From an uncultured cyanobacterium (lineage in GTDB: Bacteria; Cyanobacteriota; Cyanobacteriia; Cyanobacteriales; Microcystaceae), in NCBI GenBank assembly GCA_963807635.1, contig CAWEDJ010000022.1:1-64000 (forward strand): 64,000 nt of DNA, given 5' to 3'. Of this stretch, positions 33,991-44,250 are shown piece by piece. Positions within the stretch are counted from its first letter, which is position 1; each line of letters starts with the position of its first letter. The notes under the pieces are model-generated. The model saw nothing but the letters and a program-made list of their open reading frames with translations. It did not search any database and was not told the origin of the DNA. A program made the position numbers and the translations under genes.

Positions 33991-36333
33991 TCAACGAGAT
34001 TTAGTCAAAAAATGTAAGGATTTTTCCCGTTCCATACTCCGAATTAAAGCATTCAATTGTTTTTGTAAATACTCAAGATTAGGAGTCTGTTCTCCATATC
34101 GCCAACTCACATAGGCCAAAGAAATTTCTTCGATAATTTCTAATCGTTCTGTCGATAATTTTTCCCGTAAAGAGTCCAGATATTCCATCGGCGTTTGGGC
34201 AAAGTTTTTCGGATAACCCTGGTTTTTGAGTAATTTTAATAATTGTTGATAAAGCCGAGACATGGGCGGTAATTTAGCCAATCGACGACGATAGAGCCAA
34301 TTTTTTAGCTGTTGCCAACCGAGCCAGCCTAAAAATCCTGCCGCGATCGCACCGATTAAACCTAATAACGCTCCCAGTAAACTGCCTGAAATAAAACGCC
34401 AGAGCCAACCCAAAAAGCCAAAGAAAGCCTGGAGTACATTAGTAAAAAACAAACTGAAAAAATTCGTCACAGGGGAAGGCAACCATCCCGCTACCCAATT
34501 CCAAAGTTGTTTTAAGACCCCAAAGTTTCCTTCATCTTCAAAGGACGGGGGAAATAAGTCGTGGCCAGGAACGGGATCAAAAGCAAACCAACCATAACGG
34601 GGGAAATAAACCTCTGTCAAAACGTAGGCATCCGTATTTCGCACTAAATAGTATCCCGTAAAAGGATTAAATTGACCTGGGGCAAAACCCGCCGTTAAAC
34701 GGGACGCAATACCGATGGAGCGCAACATCACGGTTAAGACTGTTGAAAAATGGTCGGGATAGCCGCCTTGATATTTGAATAAAAAGGCTTCGACTAAATC
34801 ATCTTCTTTGTCAAAATAGGGCAAATCCGTACGGACAGTGTAATTTTGCTTGAGGGATTGGGTTAAAAATAAAGCCGCTTCATAGACTGAGTGAATGGGC
34901 TGGGGCGATTTAGAGAGTAATTCAATGGCTTTTTTACGAACTTTATCGTTAATTTCAGGGGGAATTTGTAAAAAACGTTTTTTGATTCCCTCGCTATATT
35001 GGTAGGGAGCTTGACGCAATGCAGTGCGATCGCGGTAAGGGACTTCAGAAATCACTGTATAGGTCAGACCCTCTACCAATCCCACAGGCGATCGCAGACT
35101 ATTATTTTGATCTAAACCAATTTCTTTCGTTGGAAAATAAATCGACTTAGGGACAGCTAAATTGGGAATCACATTCGGCAACTCTTTAACCACTGTATAG
35201 GTCTGGATAATTCGTTTACTTTCCCCAAAGCCAGAATTAGGAAACAAATCAAATCGGTACGACCAGGGCGATCGCCGAACCGTCTCAATATTTTGATCCC
35301 CGCTAATCTCCCAACCTTGCCCTGTGTAGTGATCAAAGGAGAGGGCTTGCCAAAATCCAGGAGCCTGGGAACGAATCCGCAACACGACTTGGGGTTTCAT
35401 GGTTCCCCGCAAATTTTGATTCATTTTACTATTAAAGCCGTAGTAAAACGTATCATCCATTAAACCTGCTCCACGTGTTGGACTATTTCCCCCTTGTCCC
35501 TTACCTCCCTTGCCTTCCTTACCTTCCTTGACGTAGCCAGGATTAATTAAATCCTTATTTTTATTGTCAAATTGTCTGTCTTTGATATCAGTCGGGCCGC
35601 CAACGGGAAAGCTCTGGAGTTGATAACTGGGAAAACGGGGCATAATGGCAAAGAAGACCAGTCCCAACGCGAGGGTGATCCCCAAAATAACGATTAATCG
35701 TTTGGGATAAAGGGTTTGATAACATACTTTTTGACTTTTTTCTTTGTTTTTTTTACCTGAAAACCAGGGAATTTCCTGATCAATTCTTTCTAATCCCAAA
35801 CGAGAGCGATAGTCTAATACCAAGGCAGGTAACGCAATCGCCAAAAAGAGAAGTAACCAGGGCGCAAAGACCATGGTTTGGGAAACCGTTCCCGCAACCC
35901 CTAGCAAAATTAGACCAATCACCATTGAATAGCCCAAATCCTTACGGCGGGGCAAATCAAAACTATGAACGACCTGCAACTGTACCAACAATCCTGCGAG
36001 GGTCGTGCGACTATCGTTTAAATTCTCGACGAGATTACTCAAGAAAAGAAAGAGAACCCCCAACATCGCGATCGCCAGCAAGAATTTGAGGGTAATGTTG
36101 CGATAGCTCCGACGATACCAACTAAAAACAGCCCCAATAATACTGAGGGGAACGGCCCAAAGACTCCAATCCGTTTGGGCGGCAACATCGGTCGCAATAA
36201 TCCCGACAATGACTAAGGCTTGGACTAAAATCCGAAAAACAATGGATTCCTCAGTTTTAGGGGCGGGAAGTGCTTCTATGCGCTGTTGTACCTGCTCAAA
36301 CCAACTGGATTTAGGGGAAGCGGTATTTGTCAT
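33991..36333 (-). CDS. Transglutaminase-like membrane protein (TgpA/DUF3488 + DUF4129 type)
   Basis: N-terminal TM bundle, FDHYTG.GW, G.P.HFST...LRSIGI.SR..GF and EVYFP..GW..FDP. Confidence 0.85.
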   Translation of the reverse strand: MTNTASPKSSWFEQVQQRIEALPAPKTEESIVFRILVQALVIVGIIATDVAAQTDWSLWAVPLSIIGAVFSWYRRSYRNITLKFLLAIAMLGVLFLFLSNLVENLNDSRTTLAGLLVQLQVVHSFDLPRRKDLGYSMVIGLILLGVAGTVSQTMVFAPWLLLFLAIALPALVLDYRSRLGLERIDQEIPWFSGKKNKEKSQKVCYQTLYPKRLIVILGITLALGLVFFAIMPRFPSYQLQSFPVGGPTDIKDRQFDNKNKDLINPGYVKEGKEGKGGKGQGGNSPTRGAGLMDDTFYYGFNSKMNQNLRGTMKPQVVLRIRSQAPGFWQALSFDHYTGQGWEISGDQNIETVRRSPWSYRFDLFPNSGFGESKRIIQTYTVVKELPNVIPNLAVPKSIYFPTKEIGLDQNNSLRSPVGLVEGLTYTVISEVPYRDRTALRQAPYQYSEGIKKRFLQIPPEINDKVRKKAIELLSKSPQPIHSVYEAALFLTQSLKQNYTVRTDLPYFDKEDDLVEAFLFKYQGGYPDHFSTVLTVMLRSIGIASRLTAGFAPGQFNPFTGYYLVRNTDAYVLTEVYFPRYGWFAFDPVPGHDLFPPSFEDEGNFGVLKQLWNWVAGWLPSPVTNFFSLFFTNVLQAFFGFLGWLWRFISGSLLGALLGLIGAIAAGFLGWLGWQQLKNWLYRRRLAKLPPMSRLYQQLLKLLKNQGYPKNFAQTPMEYLDSLREKLSTERLEIIEEISLAYVSWRYGEQTPNLEYLQKQLNALIRSMEREKSLHFLTKSR

Positions 36334-36515
36334 TGGCTTTTGGGGAAAGAAGGGGAAAAGATCAGAAAAATCAGACCTGTTTAATTTTATCCTTTTGCTT
36401 GGAAATAGGTTAAAGAATAATCCCTTGAATCAGGCTACACTAGGAAAGTCGGTCACAACAAAAACCGCAATACAAAACCGAAATTCAAGAAAATTTAGCT
36501 GTAACTTTAACCATT

Positions 36516-37481
36516 GTGGAGATTACTTTTTTAGGAACGAGTTCTGGTGTGCCGACGCGATCGCGGAAATGTCTCCAGCATAGCCCTCAGACTCCCCCAA
36601 CGGGCCGAAGTCTGGTTATTCGACTGTGGAGAAGGAACCCAACACCAACTTCTTCGTAGTCATGTCAAAAGTTCCCAACTTACCCGTATTTTTATCACCC
36701 ATCTCCACGGGGATCATATTTTCGGTTTAATGGGACTGCTGCCAGTTGTGGACTCGCGGGGACGGGGCAAGATGTAAATATCTATGGGCCATCGGGCTTG
36801 GCGGACTATCTCAAAGCCTGTGCTAAATATTCCTACACCAATCTTTCCCAAGGCGTAAAAGTTCATACGATCCAGGAATCAGGATTGGTTTATGAAAACG
36901 AAGAATTTCAAGTCCACTGTGAGTTGCTAAAACATCGCGTTCCCGCCTACGGTTATCGTATTTCAGAAAAAGACCGCCCTGGTAGATTTAATGTGGAAAA
37001 GGCGATCGCGTTGGGTATTCCTTCTGGGCCGCTCTATGGCAAACTCAAACGGGGTGAAACGGTTACACTTCCCGACGGTCAACGCATTCAGGGAACAGAT
37101 TTGTGTGAACCCACTGAAACGGGTCGAAAATTTGCCTACTGCACTGATACGGTTTTTTGTGAATCGGCGATTAATTTGGCCCAGGACGTTGATGTTTTAA
37201 TTCACGAAGCGACTTTTGCTCATCAAGATGCCCAATTAGCCTTTGATCGCCTGCATTCCACTTCAACCATGGCCGCCCAAGTTGCTCTAGCGGCTCAAAG
37301 CAAACAGTTGATCATGACCCACTTCAGCCCCCGCTATGCTCCAGGGAATGCTCTACAACTAGATAATTTACTCACAGAAGCTAGGGCGATTTTTCCGCAA
37401 ACCATGCTGGCCTACGATTTTTTAACCTACGAAATTCCCCGCCGCCAATCGGTTGAATCTCCTAATCTCGTTTTATCGTAA
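36516..37481 (+). CDS. rnz: Ribonuclease Z; frameshifts near 36566 and 36741
   Basis: GTG start gives [36 protein letters not shown] and THFSPRY. Confidence 0.93.
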
Positions 37482-37561
37482 AGAAAAGTTTCAGCAGGAA
37501 TAGGTGGCGATCGCCACTTGGAATAATGATTAGATAGACAGGATTAAATGTTTAAAAATTG

Positions 37562-38194
37562 CTAAGCCATACTTTGTGCCAATTCTCGACGAACAACCAT
37601 CCTCAATTTACCCAATAGATCCGATTCTTCTAAAACGGGAATAAATCGGTGAATTGACCGCGTTTTTAAAGGGCTAATTTGGTTAGCCGCCTCTATCCCA
37701 ATGAAGTTTTCTGACTCCTCAACCGCAACAGGTTCACTAAAAATTCCCTCTAGTGGCTCATCCTCGGAAATAACACTAGAAACTTGATTAAGAATGGGTT
37801 CCAACAACGGTGGTGGTGAGGGAAAACTAGGTAGGGAGAATTTTGGGGGAACTGATAAAACAATTTCATCGTCCTCCGATTTAACGGTCAAATCTAAGTC
37901 TGCTTTATAACTTTTCGGTAGATTATGGGTAATGAGTCGCTCAAACTCACTACTAAAGCGAAAACTAGGTTCTCCTCGCCGTGACCAAAAGTTAAGTAAA
38001 TGTTCAACGGAAATAGCTTTGTAACGACCTTGATAGAGAGCCTCTACCACTGCCCACCGAATCCACAGAGGAGAATAGCTCTTCAGCCACTCTTCGATCA
38101 ATCCCTGGGGCGTTAACCCCCGCAGATCGAAACCGTAGCAGATCAACAGAGCAGAGGTTTCTATAATCTCGACATCTTCTTTTTGCTGTTCCAT
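37562..38194 (-). CDS. ftn6: Ftn6-like cell division protein (N-terminal DnaD-like domain)
   Basis: YGFDL...W...WIR.AVVEALYQGRYKAISVE.LL..W.RRG.P N-terminal domain followed by a low-complexity tail. Confidence 0.65.
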   Translation of the reverse strand: MEQQKEDVEIIETSALLICYGFDLRGLTPQGLIEEWLKSYSPLWIRWAVVEALYQGRYKAISVEHLLNFWSRRGEPSFRFSSEFERLITHNLPKSYKADLDLTVKSEDDEIVLSVPPKFSLPSFPSPPPLLEPILNQVSSVISEDEPLEGIFSEPVAVEESENFIGIEAANQISPLKTRSIHRFIPVLEESDLLGKLRMVVRRELAQSMA

Positions 38195-38289
38195 AAAATA
38201 TTAAAATCAGATTTTGTTCCTTAAGGAATCCATAATATCTTAAGATTGTTGGATTTGTTGTTAGTATAGACTGCAATGGTGGAGTTTTC

Positions 38290-38529
38290 GTGAGGATTGA
38301 GACGATGAAACGATTCGGCTTATTAACAACAACATTTTTATTTACCGTCAGTTTGGCAGTCTATTCTCGCAATTCCCCTGTGACCTTGACTTTTTTACGA
38401 AACCATACTGTGGCGTTGTTTTCCTCTTCCTCTACTTCAATGCAAACTGGATTTCAGCGATCGCTTAATAGGGTGTTCGAGAAGACTAAAAATAATCCTT
38501 TCTCCCGAATGACGAAGGAACCAGAGTAG
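38290..38529 (+). CDS. Hypothetical small protein
   Basis: 79 aa ORF with N-terminal hydrophobic stretch, co-oriented with the EVE gene; no family recognised. Confidence 0.3.
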   Translation: MRIETMKRFGLLTTTFLFTVSLAVYSRNSPVTLTFLRNHTVALFSSSSTSMQTGFQRSLNRVFEKTKNNPFSRMTKEPE

Positions 38530-38580
38530 GGAAAATGATTGGTTGTGTTATAAAAACCTGAGATTTGAATCACGAGATCG

Positions 38581-39030
38581 ATGAATTATTGGTTAATGAA
38601 ATCTGAACCAGAGGTCTATAGTATAGACAATCTGAAAAAAGAGGGACAAACGCTCTGGGAAGGCGTGCGAAATTATCAAGCTCGCAATTTTATGAGGACA
38701 ATGGCGATCGGTGATTCGGTGTTTTTTTACCATTCCAACACCAAACCGCCTGGCATTGTCGGACTGATGGAAGTCATCGAAAATAACGTCATTGATCCCA
38801 CTCAATTTGATCCCCAGAGCGATTACTATGATCCCAAATCGTCTTCTGAAAATCCCCGTTGGCAGACCGTGAAGGTAAAGTTTGTTCGAGCGTTTCCCCA
38901 GATCATTTCTTTAGATAAGCTCAAAGAAACCTTTAGACCAGAAGAACTATTAGTCGTCAAAAAAGGGAATCGTTTATCTGTAATCCCGATCGCAACTAAT
39001 ATTGCTGAAAAGATTTTGATATTGGTTTAA
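38581..39030 (+). CDS. EVE domain protein
   Basis: YWLMKSEP, WEGVRNYQARN, FFYHS, YYDPKS and RLSV.P. Confidence 0.92.
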   Translation: MNYWLMKSEPEVYSIDNLKKEGQTLWEGVRNYQARNFMRTMAIGDSVFFYHSNTKPPGIVGLMEVIENNVIDPTQFDPQSDYYDPKSSSENPRWQTVKVKFVRAFPQIISLDKLKETFRPEELLVVKKGNRLSVIPIATNIAEKILILV

Positions 39031-39140
39031 ATACAGCATTTTTTGTTTTGATAAAGTTATAGGGGTGAATAGATATCAGCCCCTACACCATTGCGTTGTC
39101 ACATGGCAATCTACTTTATTTGACAAAAAAACAATCTAAA
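39031..39140. repeat. Decayed MITE-like element with internal REP-like hairpin
   Basis: ATACAGC..GATAAAGT / TACTTTATTTG ends resemble 45481-45577; internal hairpin TAGGGGTGAATAGATATCAGCCCCTAC at 39060-39086. Confidence 0.4.
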
Positions 39141-39151
39141 TCATCCAAATA

Positions 39152-39292
39152 TTAACCGACAACGTAGGCAACTTTTAATGCCCAAACGACTAGGGCAACA
39201 ATGCCACCCAGGACGACGACAGAAGAAATAACGACGATCGCGGGTTTGTCGGCTCCATCGAATTTCATGATGCCACGATTTAAGTCTGACAT
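39152..39292 (-). CDS. ndhQ: NDH-1 small subunit NdhQ (46 aa)
   Basis: MSDLNRGIMKFDGADKPAIVVISSVVVLGGIVALVVWALKVAYVVG; the NRGIMKFDGAD + TM + W...AY pattern is characteristic; absent from the ORF track. Confidence 0.88.
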   Translation of the reverse strand: MSDLNRGIMKFDGADKPAIVVISSVVVLGGIVALVVWALKVAYVVG

Positions 39293-39502
39293 GGAAGCTT
39301 GGCTCCTTATTTCAGTATTTCAGTTTGAATCTTGCGATCGCGGAAGTGCGACCCCTAAATAGTCTATCGCTATCTGAAAAAAAATTAGGTTTTAATCTTT
39401 ACTTTAAGTCTTAAGTTTATCTAAATTTATTGACATTCATGGCTCCCAGTCAGAAAAGCCAAGGGACTTTTGAGAGAAAATCGGCTATTTTTTTAGTAAT
39501 CC

Positions 39503-40639
39503 TTAGAGATTGGCATTAATTCCTACGGCTTGGGAGATATGAGTCAAATTATGGTCTGTTAACCTATTTCCTAATCCTTGTAAAACGTCCTTGACCATCC
39601 AAGGGCCTTGGTAAATCCAGCCTGTATAAACTTGTAGTAAACTCGCTCCTGCGGTGATTTTTTCCCAGGCATCTTCCGCCGTAAAAATGCCCCCAATACC
39701 AATAATAGGAATACTACCCTGGGTTTGTTGATAAATAAAACGGATGATTTCCGTAGAACGTTGACGTAGGGGCATCCCACTCAGTCCTCCCGCTTCTTCT
39801 TGGATTTTATTGCCTGTTTTGGGTAGAATTTGCGTTTTTAATCCTTCTCGTTGAATCGTCGTATTAGTCGCCACAATGCCTGATAGTTGATAGGTTTTGG
39901 CGAGATCAATGATCGTCCTAATCGCGACTTCATCTAGATCGGGAGAAATTTTAATGAGTAATCTTTTTTCTCCTTGATTGACTGACTGTAACCCCTTCAG
40001 GATTTTTTTGAGTTCCTCCGATCCTTGCAGCGATCGCAATCCAGGCGTATTAGGCGAACTCACATTAATCACAAAATAATCGGCTAGGTCTTTTAAATAC
40101 TGAAAACTGCCGATATAATCTTCAGCGGCGGCTTCTAGGGGAGTAATCTTGGATTTAATCAGGTTTATGCCAATGGGAATCGAGCGACGATGATTATGCC
40201 AGGTTTCCTGCAAGGTTTTCGCCATCACCTCTGCGCCCAGATTATTCCCACCCAGACGATTTAAGACCGCTTGATCCAACGGCAAACGAAATAAACGCGG
40301 TTGGGGATTTCCTACTTGAGCATGAAGCGTTACGCCCCCTAGTTCAGCGAATCCGAATCCTAAATCGGGCCAAATCGCGGCGGCTTCTGCATCTTTATCA
40401 CAGCCCGCAGATAATCCTAAAATATTGGGAAAATTTAACCCCCAAATGTCTTGGGAAAGTCTTTGATCGTTTTGGCAAAAAGAGTGCGCTAATTGATCCA
40501 GAATCCATTGTCCCCGACCCTCTCGACTGAGGCGATCAAAACCTTGGAGCGTCTTGATCATTTGGCGATGACCCCATTCGGGATTGGATTGAGTGGCGGC
40601 TAAAACGAGGGGATAAAAAGGCTTGGCAAAGGTGAACAT
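39503..40639 (-). CDS. pyrD: Quinone-dependent dihydroorotate dehydrogenase
   Basis: [36 protein letters not shown] and GGLSG. Confidence 0.95.
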   Translation of the reverse strand: MFTFAKPFYPLVLAATQSNPEWGHRQMIKTLQGFDRLSREGRGQWILDQLAHSFCQNDQRLSQDIWGLNFPNILGLSAGCDKDAEAAAIWPDLGFGFAELGGVTLHAQVGNPQPRLFRLPLDQAVLNRLGGNNLGAEVMAKTLQETWHNHRRSIPIGINLIKSKITPLEAAAEDYIGSFQYLKDLADYFVINVSSPNTPGLRSLQGSEELKKILKGLQSVNQGEKRLLIKISPDLDEVAIRTIIDLAKTYQLSGIVATNTTIQREGLKTQILPKTGNKIQEEAGGLSGMPLRQRSTEIIRFIYQQTQGSIPIIGIGGIFTAEDAWEKITAGASLLQVYTGWIYQGPWMVKDVLQGLGNRLTDHNLTHISQAVGINANL

Positions 40640-40690
40640 TTTAAAAGTAGAAATTACGGCTTGTTCGATAAATGAATGAGTAATAGATCT

Positions 40691-41353
40691 TTATCTCCAA
40701 GGTAAAACAGGAGGCGGAGCATGGGAATGTTTTTCAGGCTGATTTAGTCCAGGTAACCAAACTCTCAATCTTTGCCAAATATGGATAAAAGTCGTTATCA
40801 CGCCAAACATCTGACTTATTGATATATCTTCTGCTAAGTTGTCATAGAATTGGTAATTGAGTTGATCTTGAATCTCTTCACATTTCTGTCTAATTTTTTC
40901 TAATAAATCTTGAACTTCTGCTTGAGTTTGTGCTTGAGGAAAGTTTTCATAAATTAATAAAAAAGTATCCGCAAATAATTGCAATGAGAATGGTTCATCA
41001 ACATAACAGTTTATTGCATCTGAATATCCCCACCAAATTCCTCCCTGTTTTGCGACACTTTCTCCTAATTCTACGGCGGTATGACAAGCAAAAATATAAG
41101 CACTTCGTTTCTCTAAAATGAAAGCATCGTCAATAGATAATGCAATTTGACTATCTTGAGCGCGTAAGATATTAGTGTCACCATGTGACATTGCAAAAAG
41201 AGGTGAGTCAGTATTCTTCAAAAAATCCAATAAATTATCTCTAGTTGCCTGTTTTTCAAGGAGAATAACAAAATTAGAGGGGAATTTGAAGGTTTGAGCA
41301 AGATTAAAATTAGATTGAGTCGCTTCATCGTAAGCAGGCACAAAAACAATCAT
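40691..41353 (-). CDS. Putative caspase-fold (clan CD) cysteine protease
   Basis: LLEKQATRDNLL, FAMSHG (His) and IFACHTA (Cys) in caspase/CHAT/gingipain order and spacing; ATG overlaps the upstream TGA. Confidence 0.6.
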   Translation of the reverse strand: MIVFVPAYDEATQSNFNLAQTFKFPSNFVILLEKQATRDNLLDFLKNTDSPLFAMSHGDTNILRAQDSQIALSIDDAFILEKRSAYIFACHTAVELGESVAKQGGIWWGYSDAINCYVDEPFSLQLFADTFLLIYENFPQAQTQAEVQDLLEKIRQKCEEIQDQLNYQFYDNLAEDISISQMFGVITTFIHIWQRLRVWLPGLNQPEKHSHAPPPVLPWR

Positions 41354-42122
41354 TGATTATTTCTCCTTTTGGCCATACTTTTGAGAAAATCTCTTGATAC
41401 TCTTAAGACATCTGAAGCATATTGAAGACCAATTTCTGAACCTGATTCTATTTCATGAGAGATTTCTTCAGCAGTTAAAGTTCTTCCTTGGGATGTTTTC
41501 CAAAGGACAGTATCTGATGGTACAACTTCATTAACTAAACCAGCAAAAACTTTTAGATTAATATTAGAAGCTACATCTTCTTTCTGTATTAAAAGCTTAT
41601 TAATACCTTCAATAAAATCTTTTAAAGAGGAAGAAGATTTCATTGCTTCATCAATATTGATATGTTTTAAAAAGTCCCATTCGGAATATTTTTCACCAAA
41701 TATCACTTTCGCGATCGCTTTATTTTTATTGTCCGAAATTTCATCTGGGGCAGGCAAGTCTTCGATTAATTTTTTTCCCCAGTCCGACTTGACATATTTT
41801 ATCGCAGTTTTTTTATCTGCAAATAACCAAGAAGTAACATCAGGAACTGCATAAAATAAGGTTATAAAAGAATTAAATTGATTATCGATTTTTGATTTTA
41901 GATCAGAGTCACAAAATTTTTCCAGATCAACACTAACCAGTACAGCATAATTTTTTGCTATATTTTGGCCAGATTATTGACAAATTTAATAATATTTTGT
42001 CTCCCTCTCATTGGTGTTACAACAATCTGCTCAGAAGAGATTTTCGCCGCCTGAAAAATCCACTGAATCAATTGGGCATCAGCAGAGTTTTCAACTAACA
42101 AAGTAAGATAGTTATTAGACAT
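41350..42122 (-). CDS. DUF4276/TOPRIM-like protein with extra C-terminal domain; frameshift near 41970
   Basis: Reconstructed ~257 aa from ATG 42122: LLVENSAD, VSVDLE, AVPDVTSWLFAD and SSSLKDF resemble the DUF4276 VEG.D / D.D / E.E.WLLAD / SPSF motifs. Confidence 0.55.
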
Positions 42123-42194
42123 CGTTTTTCATATTGAAACAACTAGAATTTTAACTAATTTGATTAATTTTGGCTTGTCTAACCATACCAAACC

Positions 42195-43079
42195 TTACCA
42201 ATTGCGCCAGCCGCCTTTTTCCGAATCCTCCAGCTTATTTGACCGTAAACCGATGCGATCGCCTTTTAAAAGATCCTGATAGGCTTGGGTCGTGGCCCAG
42301 CGATCGATTTCCTTGGCTCGGAGAACGGGGACAGGATGGGTCAACTGTTCAGTTTGCATGGATTTGAGCATCGCGCCTAGTTCATTATCACTGATGCTAT
42401 GGTAATCCCTCGCTTGGTCGATAAAAGCGTCTAGATTTAATTGGGGAGCCAGGGTCGGAGATCCTCCCGCTAATTTCATCAAGACCGACATCACAATTTT
42501 GGGGTCTTGAACGGCTAATAAGGCCGCGCGATCGCAACTAAATTCTGCACAACGCACCCATTCCAACATTTGTCCCTGGAGAGATTGGGCTACCACCGTT
42601 CCCCAACTGGGCAAAAGTCCTGCCGCTAAAACTAGAATATTCGCCAAGGTCAGATAAACCCCATGCTCACACTTGAGATGGCCCAACTCATGGGCGATCA
42701 CCGCCTGAATTTCTTCGGGAGTCAGCATATCGATCAGAGAAGTATGCAGCACAATAAAAGGCTGTTTTCCCCGCATTGCAAAGGTATAAGCATTGGGGAC
42801 AGGATTTTGCTGGATATACATTTCGGGCGGCTCTAGATCCAAGACCCGACAGGCATCTAATAATAATTGATGAAGATGGGGCAGTTGCTTTTCACTGATC
42901 CGTACACTGGAGGCTAAATTATTGAGGGCAAAAAACTGTTCTGCAACGGAACCCAATAGGCTACGCACCGCTAAATCCATTCCAGGTAATTGTTTGAGGG
43001 TGTTAGTGGCTTCTCGGTCTAGGGGATGGCGAAATTGATCGGCTTTGAGTCCCAGTAATAAGGTTGGAGTGAATCCCAT
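42195..43079 (-). CDS. M48-family zinc metalloprotease
   Basis: PNAY, AHELGH, EFSCDR and THP. Confidence 0.9.
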   Translation of the reverse strand: MGFTPTLLLGLKADQFRHPLDREATNTLKQLPGMDLAVRSLLGSVAEQFFALNNLASSVRISEKQLPHLHQLLLDACRVLDLEPPEMYIQQNPVPNAYTFAMRGKQPFIVLHTSLIDMLTPEEIQAVIAHELGHLKCEHGVYLTLANILVLAAGLLPSWGTVVAQSLQGQMLEWVRCAEFSCDRAALLAVQDPKIVMSVLMKLAGGSPTLAPQLNLDAFIDQARDYHSISDNELGAMLKSMQTEQLTHPVPVLRAKEIDRWATTQAYQDLLKGDRIGLRSNKLEDSEKGGWRNW

Positions 43080-43242
43080 AGAAATAAAAAAAGATGGATA
43101 GGAGTGGTTTGTAATGGCTCACTTCTCATTTTACAAAATTTTACAAACAATTTAATAAGATAGGTAAGGTCGCTTCTTTTTCAAGAAATTAAGGACGAGG
43201 AAGGGCGATCACGTAGATTTAGCAAAATTTATTGAGATTTTT

Positions 43243-44145
43243 TTGATCGTGAAACCCTTTTTTTTTCCTGATTCTGCTAGTCATTTTGCTTGGTTTAGAC
43301 TTCTCGGTTTTAAGGGATCGGTCATTCCCGCAATTTTACCCAGGGTTGCTATTTGTATGATTTTCGCGATCGCCGTTACGGTCGGTCATTTTCTTGGATG
43401 GAAACTCTCTATGTCTTTTCAAGTTGTGCCGAGTATTGTCATCGGTTTATTACTGGTTTTTCGGACAAATACAGCCTATGAAAGGTTTTGGGAAGGTCGT
43501 AAAGCCTGGGGAACATTGATTAATACCGTGCGAAATCTTTCCCGTTCTATTTGGATTGCGATCAGAGAACAGGAACCAACTGATCGCCAGGAAAAAATTG
43601 TTGTTCTACGGCTTTTAGTGGCCTTTGCGATCGCAACTAAACTCCATTTACGCTCCGAAAATCTTGGTCAAGAAATTGCTGATTTTCTTCCCAAGGACTA
43701 TTACGAAAAACTCCAAACCATGAATAATCCTCCGCTAGAAATTGCTTTTTGGATTGGAGATTATCTTCAAAAAAAATATGAAAAAGGTCGCATTCATCCT
43801 TATCAATTATCAGCAATGTTGAAATTACTAGACAGCATGGTTGATGTCTTAGGTATTTGTCAAAGAATTCTTAAAACCCCCATTCCCCTCGCCTATATCA
43901 TTCATTTACGCCAATTAATTTTCCTCTATTGTTTTACGGCTCCCTTTGAACTGATTAATAATTTAGGCTGGCTAACTCCTTTATTTGTGGGAGTGATTGC
44001 GTTTACCGTATTCGGGATTGAAGAAATTGGGGTAGAAATCGAAAATCCCTTCGGTCATGATGCCAATGATTTACCCCTCGATCAAATCTGTCGCACCATG
44101 CAAGTCAATATTGATGATCTGATTCGGGTCGGTTCTCAAGACTAA
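43243..44145 (+). CDS. Bestrophin-family (YneE-like) channel
   Basis: LLLVFRTNTAYERFWEGRK.WG, RI..TP.P..Y and EIENPFG.D.NDLP. Confidence 0.9.
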   Translation: MIVKPFFFPDSASHFAWFRLLGFKGSVIPAILPRVAICMIFAIAVTVGHFLGWKLSMSFQVVPSIVIGLLLVFRTNTAYERFWEGRKAWGTLINTVRNLSRSIWIAIREQEPTDRQEKIVVLRLLVAFAIATKLHLRSENLGQEIADFLPKDYYEKLQTMNNPPLEIAFWIGDYLQKKYEKGRIHPYQLSAMLKLLDSMVDVLGICQRILKTPIPLAYIIHLRQLIFLYCFTAPFELINNLGWLTPLFVGVIAFTVFGIEEIGVEIENPFGHDANDLPLDQICRTMQVNIDDLIRVGSQD

Positions 44146-44250
44146 CGATTCTTTCTGGTTCAAGTTAAAAAGGCGATCGCATTCACAGAAAAGTAATTAT
44201 GCTGTACAATCAATCCGAAAACAGTTATAAGCATTTTATCAAGAAAATAT

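Noticed and set aside
38581..39030. EVE protein as part of a modification-dependent restriction system
   Set aside because: Stand-alone EVE gene in a housekeeping context with no adjacent nuclease.
44193..44207. NtcA box before the amino-acid binding protein gene
   Set aside because: The GTA-to-TAC spacing is 9 nt, not 8.
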